Source: a virus. Taken from it: DNA of 64,000 bases. The notes below the pieces were generated by a model. That model was not told the DNA's origin, ran no database searches, and worked only from the letters and a program-made list of their open reading frames with translations. The DNA is taken from positions 16,905 to 80,904 of the IMG/VR virus record IMGVR_UViG_3300032046_000016; one strand, 5' to 3'. Numbering within the stretch: position 1 is the first letter of the stretch; each line of letters opens with the position of its first letter. A program made the position numbers and the translations under genes. Below, piece by piece: positions 1-9,300 of the stretch.

Positions 1-353
1 GGATCGTCGGCGTAGTCGGGTATCACGAACGGACCGCTGTCATGGATCGCGCCCAGGAAGCCCGGAGCACGCTCGGCGTAGGCGCCGTTCACCTGAAGCT
101 CCAGCCTCAGGATCTCCACCAGCTCTTGAGCCACCAGGAGCGTACCGCCAAGGCAGCGGAAGCCGATTCTCATCCAGTGCATCGGCGCCTGCTCTTCCAT
201 GGGCCCCGGCTCCGGTGCGAACCAGATGCAGGGCACCTGATCGACGCCGCCCTCCATCTTCCCGGCGAAGACCCGCTGGCCGACCACACCGGTCAGGTCG
301 CCGCTGCCCAGCAGATAGTCGCGGACGATGTGCATCGGGTCCTTGAAGGTCAT
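1..353 (-). CDS. Tail-terminator/DUF3168-like protein (runs off window)
   Basis: Manual translation MTFKDPMHIVRDYLLGSGDLTGVVGQRVF...; ATGA overlap with the gp10-like gene; position in head-tail module. Confidence 0.6.
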   Translation of the reverse strand, partial: MTFKDPMHIVRDYLLGSGDLTGVVGQRVFAGKMEGGVDQVPCIWFAPEPGPMEEQAPMHWMRIGFRCLGGTLLVAQELVEILRLELQVNGAYAERAPGFLGAIHDSGPFVIPDYADD

Positions 354-745
354 CGCCGCCGCACCCCCAGATGCTCGCCGATGCGCGACGTCTCGTAGTC
401 AAACGCGGGCCGGAGGAAGGGCCGGCCGTGCATGAACTTGGTGCCCATCTCCACGTAGCCCCCGTACCCGCACTCCGCCTCCATGCCGCTGGCGACCACC
501 ACGACGGGCCCCTTGCCACCGCCGGCGAACCTGCCCTGAAAGCTACGCAGCATCGCGTCAGTCCCCACGCGGTAGCCGATCGAGAACCGGAGCCGGCCGG
601 TCCGCACCGGCGCCCTCGCCTTCGCCCCGTCGCGCACGGCCCGGCCGAAGCTGTGCAGCCCGGCCTCGACCTGGTGCAGGGTCGTGGAGTAGGCCATCTG
701 GCCCCTCCAGTTCAGCTTCACGCGGCAATCGAATCCGCGAGCCAC
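350..745 (-). CDS. HK97 gp10-like tail-completion protein
   Basis: APVRTGRLRFSI and YVEMGTKFMHGRPFLRPAF motifs; GTG start with AGGAGG. Confidence 0.85.
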   Translation of the reverse strand: MARGFDCRVKLNWRGQMAYSTTLHQVEAGLHSFGRAVRDGAKARAPVRTGRLRFSIGYRVGTDAMLRSFQGRFAGGGKGPVVVVASGMEAECGYGGYVEMGTKFMHGRPFLRPAFDYETSRIGEHLGVRRR

Positions 746-1101
746 TAGCCTCCTCCTGAACGAGTCCGGCGCAGGTCGACCTCCAGGTGGTGGTCGATAC
801 CGCCGGCGTCGATGACGCCGGTCACCTGATACTCGACGCCGTCCACCGTCACGCGGTCCGCCTCCAGGACGTCCGTCCCGGCCTTCAGAAACAGGCGGTA
901 GTCGGCGGCCGTGATGTCCCCCGACTGCGCCATCCGTTCCTTGGCTGACAAGGGCTGGAGCCAGCAGGGAACGTCGCTGCCCCATTCCTGCCAGTCGGCG
1001 ATTAGGTGGCCGTTGGCGTCATGCGTGCTGCCTACGTTGCGCACGACGGTGCACGTCTGACCCAGCAGGGACTCGTAGAAGGCGGTCGGCAGGCTTACCA
1101 T
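745..1101 (-). CDS. Head-closure protein (SPP1 gp16-like)
   Basis: Size, DRVTVDGVEYQV...HHLEV pattern, synteny. Confidence 0.8.
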   Translation of the reverse strand: MVSLPTAFYESLLGQTCTVVRNVGSTHDANGHLIADWQEWGSDVPCWLQPLSAKERMAQSGDITAADYRLFLKAGTDVLEADRVTVDGVEYQVTGVIDAGGIDHHLEVDLRRTRSGGG

Positions 1102-1700
1102 GTCGGTGCCGCCTTGAAGCCGCCCAACTTGGCCTTGCCAGGGCCGAGCATCGACTTCATGATGTCGACCAGCTCCGAGTGCAGCTTCGCCTGCGCCTGG
1201 TTGGTCACGGACACCTGGCCCACGCTATAGCTGACCCCGCCCGTGCCCACCAGTCCCGCCTTGGCAGCCCGGGCGATGTGGGCGACCATCTGCGTCGCAC
1301 AGGCCTCCACCCGCGGCGCGACGGTCTTCTCGTACGTGTACTGCACCTCGACGTTCTGGACGCCAGCCGGAAAGACCATCGGGGGCAGGTTGGACTGCAC
1401 GACGTAGGGCAGCGACGACAGCATTCGGACATAGCCCTCGTTGCCGTAGAGCTTGTAGGCGTTGGCGTCCAGGGCAACGCCCGACACCTTCACGCTCGTC
1501 AGGGCCGTCACCGGACGGTACTTCAGGAACACCACGTCCCTGTCCTTGCCGTCCAGGGTCTCGGTCACGTCAGCCGTACCGAACGGCGTGCCGAGGCGGT
1601 TCTCAATCAGGTCCTGCACCCAGGCGATCCAGTCGTCCTGGATCTCCGCCTGGGCGAGGCCGGTCAGCGCGGCCACCTTCGCCTTATCTGTAACGGCCAT
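1095..1700 (-). CDS. Head-tail adaptor/connector protein
   Basis: ETLDG..LKYRPV..LTSVKV..FPAGVQNVEVQY pattern; synteny. Confidence 0.75.
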   Translation of the reverse strand: MAVTDKAKVAALTGLAQAEIQDDWIAWVQDLIENRLGTPFGTADVTETLDGKDRDVVFLKYRPVTALTSVKVSGVALDANAYKLYGNEGYVRMLSSLPYVVQSNLPPMVFPAGVQNVEVQYTYEKTVAPRVEACATQMVAHIARAAKAGLVGTGGVSYSVGQVSVTNQAQAKLHSELVDIMKSMLGPGKAKLGGFKAAPTW

Positions 1701-1706
1701 CGTCGC

Positions 1707-2018
1707 TCAGCTATAGCAGACCGTCAGGTCCACCGCCCCGCTGCACAGCACCCTGATGCCATCCTTGAACGACAGCCCGATGGGGATGGCGGGGTAGCTC
1801 AGGGCGGCCGGCACGACGACGACCGTCACGATGGGATCGCCGTCGGCGTCGCCGTCTCGCAGGGTGACGGTCCGGTCGGCGGCCGGCACCGCTTCAACCA
1901 GAATGCGGTGCACGACCCCGCCCTTCTCCTTCACCTGCGTGGTGGCGCCAGCGGCCACCCTCTTGGACTGCCCGGAGAGAGCGCCGTACTGCAGGTCGGG
2001 AAGCGTCAACGGTTCCAT
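1707..2018 (-). CDS. Hypothetical virion protein
   Basis: Beta-rich ORF with GGGAGG RBS in head module. Confidence 0.55.
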   Translation of the reverse strand: MEPLTLPDLQYGALSGQSKRVAAGATTQVKEKGGVVHRILVEAVPAADRTVTLRDGDADGDPIVTVVVVPAALSYPAIPIGLSFKDGIRVLCSGAVDLTVCYS

Positions 2019-2110
2019 CAAGACCTCCCGCGCCTAGTGCTGGGCGGAGACGCCGCTGGTGGCCGAGGAAAACGACCCCGCCCAGCAGCTTGAGGCGCCA
2101 AGCGTTACCG

Positions 2111-2827
2111 CTACTCGACCGCCACCACCACGATCACGTCCGTGGCCGCGATGTGCGTGGCGCCGTTCGTAGCCACCTTGATGCGGTTCGGGCCGGTCTG
2201 CACCGTGGCCCGGTCCGTGACCGCCTTCTCGCCGCCGTTGGCGTCGCGCACCACCCACGTCCAGCTCGACGGAGCGAACGGGAGCGGTATGTGCGCCTCG
2301 ACCAACGTGCCCTCCTCGGTGGTCACGGTATGGCTGACGACGACGGTCTGCTTGACCGCCGCGTCAGCGCCGCCGACCAGGTTCTCGACCGTTGCCGGCT
2401 GGGCACCGCCGACCCGCGCCACCGCCACGTTCCCGGCTGCGCCAACAGCCAGCGCGAAGATGAAGACCGTGGCGGTACTGACGATGGCCGCGTAGTACGG
2501 CCCGCCAGCGTTTCGCTGGTCGCCGTTGATGGCGGCGGCAAGGTTAGTGGCTGAGGCGCCCTGGTTCGCGCCCGCACCCCAGATGCCCTTCGGATTGTCC
2601 TGGGTGCCACGGGTGTACGTCACCGTGCCCACGGTAACGCTCGTGCAGTCGCCCTGGGCCGCGAAGTTCACCAGGCCGACGGACTTGCGGCCCGGGTCCT
2701 CGAGCGACACCACGATGTCGTCGAGGAACTCCTGCAAGTCGGGGATCAGCGGCTGGCCACCGCCGCCGTAACCGTACTGCTCGACCATCGCCGCCACGCG
2801 AGCGGCGGTAAGCTTCTGTCCTGTCAT
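2111..2827 (-). CDS. Putative head decoration/virion protein
   Basis: A/G/T/V-rich ORF directly after capsid gene, GAGGAG RBS. Confidence 0.55.
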   Translation of the reverse strand: MTGQKLTAARVAAMVEQYGYGGGGQPLIPDLQEFLDDIVVSLEDPGRKSVGLVNFAAQGDCTSVTVGTVTYTRGTQDNPKGIWGAGANQGASATNLAAAINGDQRNAGGPYYAAIVSTATVFIFALAVGAAGNVAVARVGGAQPATVENLVGGADAAVKQTVVVSHTVTTEEGTLVEAHIPLPFAPSSWTWVVRDANGGEKAVTDRATVQTGPNRIKVATNGATHIAATDVIVVVAVE

Positions 2828-2938
2828 GGCTCCTCACTTTCCCGTCGGAAGGGGCGGGCGACCGCCTACCCGCCAGCAGCGGTCGCCGGCCCTCTTCCCG
2901 CGGAGGGAGTTATCCCTTTCGTTCCGCTCGACCAGCCG

Positions 2939-4294
2939 CTACGCCACGCTCACGCGGCGAGCGTTCGCGTGCAGCTTCTCCCACGGAATCTGGAGCGCCA
3001 CCAGGCAGCGCATCAAGAAGTCGTACGTCCCGCGGGTGATCGCCAGCGGAATGTAGGCCATGAAGTTCGCCTGGGGCTGCCCCAACGGGTCGAGCATGCC
3101 GACCAGCGATGCCCCGCGAGCCGGATTGCGATTGATCAGGAAGATCACCTCATCGCCGGCGTCGAGCGGCTTCTGGTTGGCGGCGTGCGGAGGCGCCGTG
3201 TACCCGCCGGTGTCGTCGAACGTGACCACCCGCGCCAACGGGTTGCCGTCCGCGTCGTAGGTGTTGGCGGGAATGACCGCCAGCAGCGTCTCCGTGCCGC
3301 TGGCCGTGCCCCGGAACACCTTGTAGAGGATGGCATCCGCGTCGTCGTCCCACGTGAGGCGGATGGTCTTGTTCGGGTTGGCGGTCGTGGCGTCGTCCTC
3401 GACCGCGGCCACCTGCTCGCCCCTCTGCGTGACCGACGCCACGCGATAGAAGAACTGCGTCGCGTCGGGCAGCGTGCCGCCGGCGACGGCTGCGGCGGAG
3501 AGGTTCCCCGGCTTCGCCACGCCGGTCGGCTTCACGTAGCTCGTTTCCAGAATGACCACGCCGCGATATGTTGACATGCGCATTCCGCCCTCGAACTCCA
3601 CGTCGGGCGTCTCCCGGCGGGCGAGGGTCTGAAGGCCGCTCACCTTCGAGTGCATGCCGATGCTCATCATGAACATCAGCGGGTCCTTCGCCGTGCCCCT
3701 GTACGGCGTGGCCGCGTCGATCAGCTCGTCCAGGACGCTGAGCGCGACGACCCCGTTCACGTCGAAGACGTTGGTCTGGGACAGGCGGTCGAACCCGTTG
3801 TACTGGTACGGGTCGCCGGACGCCGCGCCACCACCCGAGACGTCCTTCTCACCCGTGCTCCCGGAGGCGCCCCAGATGGTGCAGAACTCCAGCATCTCGC
3901 TGATGCTCTCCACGCCGGCGCCCTGCTCCAGGAGCAGAGAGTCGAAGAACTTCTTGCTCGCGCCCATCTGGAAGCCCGAAACCGAGCCCCAGTAGTCGTC
4001 GATCTTCAGGGTGACGGTGGGGCGATCGAAGGTCGACGCGCCAGGGCTGGTCTCCTTCGCCAGCTCGCCCTCGAAACGGGCCTGCTGACGCGCCGTGCGC
4101 CGCACGATCTCGTGCACCCGGGCCGTGGCCTGCGTCCTCTCAAGCAGGGCTACCAGCGGATTCTGGCTCAGAAGGTCCTCCACGAGGACCTTCTCCAGGT
4201 CTTCCGCCTGGAGAGCGGCACCAGAGCCGGAAGCCGCCGTCAGCGCCTTGATGAGCTCGCTGGTGGCCCCTTGAACCTGCGCGCTGGGGGGCAT
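2939..4294 (-). CDS. Major capsid protein (HK97 fold) with inserted Ig/FN3-like domain
   Basis: 451 aa after scaffold; N-arm KALTA..GAALQAEDL; EFCTIWG, YNGFDRL, YRGVVI motifs; strong AAGGAGG RBS. Confidence 0.85.
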   Translation of the reverse strand: MPPSAQVQGATSELIKALTAASGSGAALQAEDLEKVLVEDLLSQNPLVALLERTQATARVHEIVRRTARQQARFEGELAKETSPGASTFDRPTVTLKIDDYWGSVSGFQMGASKKFFDSLLLEQGAGVESISEMLEFCTIWGASGSTGEKDVSGGGAASGDPYQYNGFDRLSQTNVFDVNGVVALSVLDELIDAATPYRGTAKDPLMFMMSIGMHSKVSGLQTLARRETPDVEFEGGMRMSTYRGVVILETSYVKPTGVAKPGNLSAAAVAGGTLPDATQFFYRVASVTQRGEQVAAVEDDATTANPNKTIRLTWDDDADAILYKVFRGTASGTETLLAVIPANTYDADGNPLARVVTFDDTGGYTAPPHAANQKPLDAGDEVIFLINRNPARGASLVGMLDPLGQPQANFMAYIPLAITRGTYDFLMRCLVALQIPWEKLHANARRVSVA

Positions 4295-4373
4295 GATTCA
4301 TACCTCCTTCAACCGAAACCGCCACGCAGAACGATCCGGTCGCTATCGTCCGTCTGCAGGTAGGTTCGGAGCG

Positions 4374-5924
4374 CTACTCGACCCGCACCCCGAACATGAT
4401 GCGGTTCAGCGCGCCCAGCCTCTCACGCGGGGGCAGGGCGTCCAAGCGCTTGCGCAGGGCGGTCTCGGCCTCGCTACCCTCGGCCTCCGAGCCCTCCCCT
4501 TCGGGAGGGCTACCGCCGAGGCTCTTGTAGACCGGCCGGCGGGCCTTCGCAATCTCGCTACGGACGACCTTCGCCACGTCCACGAGGGTGAGCGGCGCGT
4601 CTCCGTTCTGACCAGTGTCACCAGCCGCGGCGGCGGGAGCCTTCTCCCCGGCATCCTTGGGCACCAGGCCGGTCCCCTTCGCCACGTCCACGATGGCGCC
4701 CTGAAGGTCCTGCACCCAGGCAACCAGCTCCTTCATGGCGTCGCGGATGCCCGTCGCGTCGACAGCGCCATCGGCGCGCTTCTCCACGGCGGGAGCCGGC
4801 GTACCGTCGCCATCGGCCTTCTGGGTAGAGCCCTCCTCGAGCAGGGCGAGCATGGCCTTCACGCCCTCCTCGATCTTGTCCATGGCGCTCTTGATCTCGA
4901 TCTGGGACTGCTTCGAGAAGCGGGCTCCCCGCTTCTCGATGTCGCCCAGCGTGAGACCGCTCATGGCGACGACGGCTTCCAGAGCCCGCTTCGAGGTGTC
5001 GGTCAGCTCCTCGCTGCCGGCCGCCTTCTCCGGCTTGTAGACGGTGGCCGCGTTCTCGAAGGCGGCCAGCCACCTGGAGTTGAAGTCGCCCAGCGCCTTC
5101 TTCATGAGGTTGCCGCGCTCGTCCGTCTTGACCTCCGCGGCCTTCAGGATATTGAGCGAGACCTGGTGCAGAGCGTCGCTCAGCCGCCAGAACTGGCTCG
5201 TCGCCTCCTGGCCAGCGATCAGCCCGGCGAAGTCGGTCTGCTTCGCCACGCCACCAGCCGGCGCCTCGGCCGCAGCCTTCTGGACCGCGGCTCCCTCACC
5301 AGCCGGCGCGCCCTCACCAGCCGGCGCTCCCTCACCGGTCGGCGCGCCCTCAGCGGCCGGAGCGGCAGCGGGAGCGCCCTCGCCGGCCGGAGCGCCCTCA
5401 GCACCCTTGGCCGCTTCGCCCTCGCCCTCGCCCTCACCTTCGCCGTCGCCACCCTTCTTGGTGGGCTCCGGATAGCCGTACTTCGGCTTCTCCTTCGGCT
5501 TCTTCGCCTTGCCCGCGATGGCGGCGCGCAGCGCCTTAACCGCCTCCTGGAGGGGAGCCGGCAGGGAGTCGAAGACCTTGTCGAGCTGCTCGACAGCAGC
5601 CTTCACGGCCTTCACCTCGTCGTCCCCGAGGTCGCCGGCGGCCTTGCTCACCAGCACATCGAGGGCATTGGTGATCTCCACGGCCGCTTCCTTGCTTAGC
5701 TGGTCACCCTCGACCAGCACCGCCAACCCGCGGCCAATGGAGGCGACCTGGCCAGCCAGGTCCTTGGGGTCGGTGTCCAAGTCCGACATTCTCGCGCCTC
5801 CTTCTTGTCTGCGCTTCACGACCCACCAGTCCTCACCCAGGGCTGGCACGTCTACTAGGTCCACCCCACTGACGTGGAGATCGACCAGCTCTCCGACTTC
5901 ATCGGGCTTCTTCGCGTCAGGCAT
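4374..5924 (-). CDS. Capsid scaffold protein with N-terminal protease-type strand (ELVDLHVSGVDLVDVPA)
   Basis: Acidic, Ala-rich, low-complexity; immediately upstream of MCP; many KA motifs. Confidence 0.7.
   Translation of the reverse strand: MPDAKKPDEVGELVDLHVSGVDLVDVPALGEDWWVVKRRQEGGARMSDLDTDPKDLAGQVASIGRGLAVLVEGDQLSKEAAVEITNALDVLVSKAAGDLGDDEVKAVKAAVEQLDKVFDSLPAPLQEAVKALRAAIAGKAKKPKEKPKYGYPEPTKKGGDGEGEGEGEGEAAKGAEGAPAGEGAPAAAPAAEGAPTGEGAPAGEGAPAGEGAAVQKAAAEAPAGGVAKQTDFAGLIAGQEATSQFWRLSDALHQVSLNILKAAEVKTDERGNLMKKALGDFNSRWLAAFENAATVYKPEKAAGSEELTDTSKRALEAVVAMSGLTLGDIEKRGARFSKQSQIEIKSAMDKIEEGVKAMLALLEEGSTQKADGDGTPAPAVEKRADGAVDATGIRDAMKELVAWVQDLQGAIVDVAKGTGLVPKDAGEKAPAAAAGDTGQNGDAPLTLVDVAKVVRSEIAKARRPVYKSLGGSPPEGEGSEAEGSEAETALRKRLDALPPRERLGALNRIMFGVRVE
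5290..5450 (-). repeat. 18-nt tandem repeats encoding APAGEG plus (EG)n tract in scaffold
   Basis: ccctcaccagccggcgc-type units repeated about 5 times. Confidence 0.8.
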
Positions 5925-5932
5925 ATCCGCTC

Positions 5933-6310
5933 CTAACGCTTCTTGCGCTTGCCGTTGTTCTCGACGAGCGCCACATGGACCTCATGTATGCTGGCGGCAA
6001 TCTCTCGCAGGGCCGGCATCTCGGCATCGGAGTGCGCCTTCAGCGCCGCGATGAGCTCGGTATGCTGCACTTCTGTTGCCTCCAGCCTTCTCAACAGCTC
6101 GGTGATGAACGCCTCTCTGATCTCGGCCTGGCGCCTGGCCTCCGCCATCTGTTCCTTGACGAACTCCTCGAACGCCAGGCGCTGGCGTTCTGTGACGACC
6201 TGATTGTTGCGCACCACCCACGTGAACACCCCCGCGAGCACCAGGGCGGAGAGGAGCGTGCCGCCTTCCTTCAGCGCCTCGTACCCGAAATCGAGCATGA
6301 CCAATGTCAC
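5933..6310 (-). CDS. Single-TM coiled-coil protein, BhlA/UviB holin-like
   Basis: N-terminal TM (LLSALVLAGVFTWVV) then coiled coil with RE motif. Confidence 0.45.
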   Translation of the reverse strand: MTLVMLDFGYEALKEGGTLLSALVLAGVFTWVVRNNQVVTERQRLAFEEFVKEQMAEARRQAEIREAFITELLRRLEATEVQHTELIAALKAHSDAEMPALREIAASIHEVHVALVENNGKRKKR

Positions 6311-9300
6311 TTGATCTCGGACCGCTTTCTGGGTATGCGGCGCGCCCGGCCCTCAATGCTGAACCCGGTCCGCTCACCCTTCTTCACGCGCTCCCACTCG
6401 CGCGGATCGTTCACTCGCACGCCCATGATCCAGGTGCCCTTGACTACCTTATGCAGCTTGCCATCGGTTCCCTCCAGCTCGAAGTCTGTCGGTGCCAGGT
6501 AGCTCTCGACGACCCGGAGCCTCGGGTCGTCGTACACGTGCATAACGCCGATCTGCTGGAAGCGCTCCATAAAGCCGTGCGCCGCCTTGCGGATCTCCTC
6601 GGCCTTGACCACCTCGTCCTGGAGGTCGATGTACGGCCACGGCTTGAGCACGGGCCCGTAGACCAGGTGCTCCTCCTCGACCGCCTTGATGATCAGCATC
6701 TTCAGGACGATGCGGCTCTCGACGGCCTTCGCCTTCAGATCGACGAGCTTCGGCTTCTCCCCAGGCTTTGCCCACACCAGCCAGTGATCCCCGCGCTTCC
6801 GCCTCTCGTCTGCCACCTCGTCGAGCGTCTTCGTATCGGCGACTGGCGTTTCATCCTCAGGCCACTGAGCCAGCCAGAAGCGCTCGCCGGTGGGTCGGGG
6901 GACGGAGCTGATCACCAGCCGGCCCTTCATGTCGCCCTTCTCGTCCTTCAAGAAGAGCTCGAAGCTGTGGCGGTGCCACACGCCCATGTCCCAGGTGCCG
7001 TAGGCGACGGCGAACAGCATGCCGTAGGTCTTGGAGCTGGCGCCGGCCTCGCCAGGCTTGAAGACGGCGGGCTTGCCTCGCCCGACCTTCAGCCACTCGA
7101 CGGGCGGCGGGCCGTACCAGGTGCATTGGAAGCTGGGCGCGTGGTCGGCGGCGAGGAACTCGTCGGTCCCGTCGTCGTCGGTGTCCGGCTTGAAGATGAC
7201 GGGGTGAAACATGAGCTTGGGGCTGAACTGGCAGCGCAGGTCGCCGTGGTAGCGGTAGCCGGCCTTGCGCAGGTCGGCCTCGCTCTTGCCGGCGTCCTCT
7301 TCCTTGATGCCCATGTAGTGGTGGTGATAGACGAACTGGCCCGTGCCGCTGGGCGGCCACATTCTCTGCCAGTCGGTCTCCCAGAGGCGCAGGAAGCGCT
7401 CACCCCGCGACTCGCCCTCGCCCTGCTTCAGGAGGTGGATCAGCCCGATGTCGGGGACCTCGAGCAGCTCGAAGTCGGCGTCGGCGATCTCCGGGCAGGT
7501 CACTTGTCCAGACGTCTGGACTTTCTGCTTGGGCTCCTGGAGGACGTGGGCCCGGCGGGCGATATCGACCGCTTGGTTCGCGTAGTAGGCGTCCTTCCGG
7601 CTGATGTCCCGGTCGATCACGGTCGGCACGACCCAGTACAGGATCGGCTTCCCGTCCTTATCGGGACCGCTCACCAGCTCCTGGACCTGGACGGTCAGGA
7701 CGGCGCCCAGGGGATAGGTGCCGTTGTCGCTGACGCCGCCGACGTCGATGTACTCCCGGCCGTCGTACTCCTGGAGGTTCGTGTAGCTGTCGCGTCCGTG
7801 GAGCAGCCCGCAGGTGTAGGTCTTCGAGCCGCCGGCGTTGTCCTTGCTGTCGATCACCGTCACCTTCAGCTCGGTGACGTGCTTCACCTTCGACCACTCG
7901 TTCGTCGACCCGCCGATGCCATAGGGACCGTCGAGGGTCTTCACCATGGCGCCCTCGGACATGGCGACGGCGCTCGCCTTGAGGATCGCCGCGTTCATCT
8001 GCGCGCGGTCGTGAACGATGGTGGTGCTGGTGATAGCGAAGGCGGCCTTCCCCTTCAGGTTCTTGGCGTAGAACTCCTCCAGGGCGGTGCGCCGCTCGGT
8101 CCACGGCTTCTCGTGCAGGTCCTCTTCCCGGTAGGGCAGGTCGAAGACGGTCAGCACGACGGTGGCGCCGGCCAGGTCGGGCTCGTCGGCCAGGAGCGGG
8201 TCGAGCTCGGTGCGAGGCAGCCGCTTGCCATCCCGTACCATGCCCATATCGCAGTCGAGAATGTAGTCGCCAGGGATGGCGAGCAGCATCTTCGCCAGGT
8301 CGGGGAAGACCTTGGCCCGGTCGCGGATATTCTCGAAGGCGATCTCGACGCGGCCGCCCGCCTTCTGCACCACCGTACGGTAGCCGTTGAACTTCACCTC
8401 GACGTCGAGGCCGCCGGCGATGCGGTCCTTTGCCCAGTGATCCCAGAGCTCCGAGCTGGACAGGAACTCCGTGTACTCGGCGACCGCCGGCTTGGGCGGT
8501 ATCCACTTGCCGAAGGGCTTCAGGGCGACCTTCTCCAGGTCTTCGGCCTGCAGCGCCATCCCAGAGGGCGAGTCGGCGGTCAGCGCCTTCGTCGTGGGCT
8601 TCACGGCCCGGAGGCGCCCGCGGACGTGAACCGTCTCCCAAAGGCCCGGCTCCTCGAACGTCTCCTCCTCAAGGTCCAGGATCTCGAACTCGGCAGTAGT
8701 GCCAGCCTCCTCCCGGAGCTTGGGGTCGGCGTAGAACTGGAAGCTCAGCTTGTTCCAGTAGCTCTTGTGGGTCGGGTCGGCGAAGGCGCCCTCGCCCTGC
8801 GTGCTCGGTACCTCGAAGGCCAGGACGCCGCCGGACTTCAGCACCCGCCAGATCTCGCCCATGATGGCGACCTGGTCCTCCAGGTGCTCCAGGAAGTGCC
8901 AGGCCCGTACCTCGTCCACGCTGCCGTCGGGCCAGGGGATGCCCTGGCTCAGGTCGTGGACGACGTCCGGCTTGACGTCGGCCCGGGCGTCGATATTCAC
9001 GTAGCCGTCCAGCTTCTCCTTCCCGCAGCCCAGGTTCAGGCGCACGGGCCCAGCCTTCTTCAGCGTGACCACCGCGCGCTCTTCCACGGGACGCAGCACC
9101 AGGTCGTACAGGGGAACGTAGTCGGAGTGGGGGCCGGAGGCGCTGAACACGTGATGCAGCTCGGGCTTGCCGCTCTTGCCTGGGTCAACCTCCTTCCGCA
9201 TCAGGATGGTCAACCCTTCTATCAGGCCGGCGTTGTGGTCGCACGCCTCAAGCCGGTAAAGCAGGTCTACGTCTCCGGGCTTCGAGCCGTTGCCGCCGGC

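Noticed and set aside
2307-2316. GTGCCCTCCT match to the sRNA seed
   Set aside because: Inside a CDS (codons EEGT), not at a start codon; probably chance
5290-5450. Tandem repeats as a CRISPR or ncRNA array
   Set aside because: In-frame coding repeats without unique spacers; no CRISPR array or cas gene seen in the window
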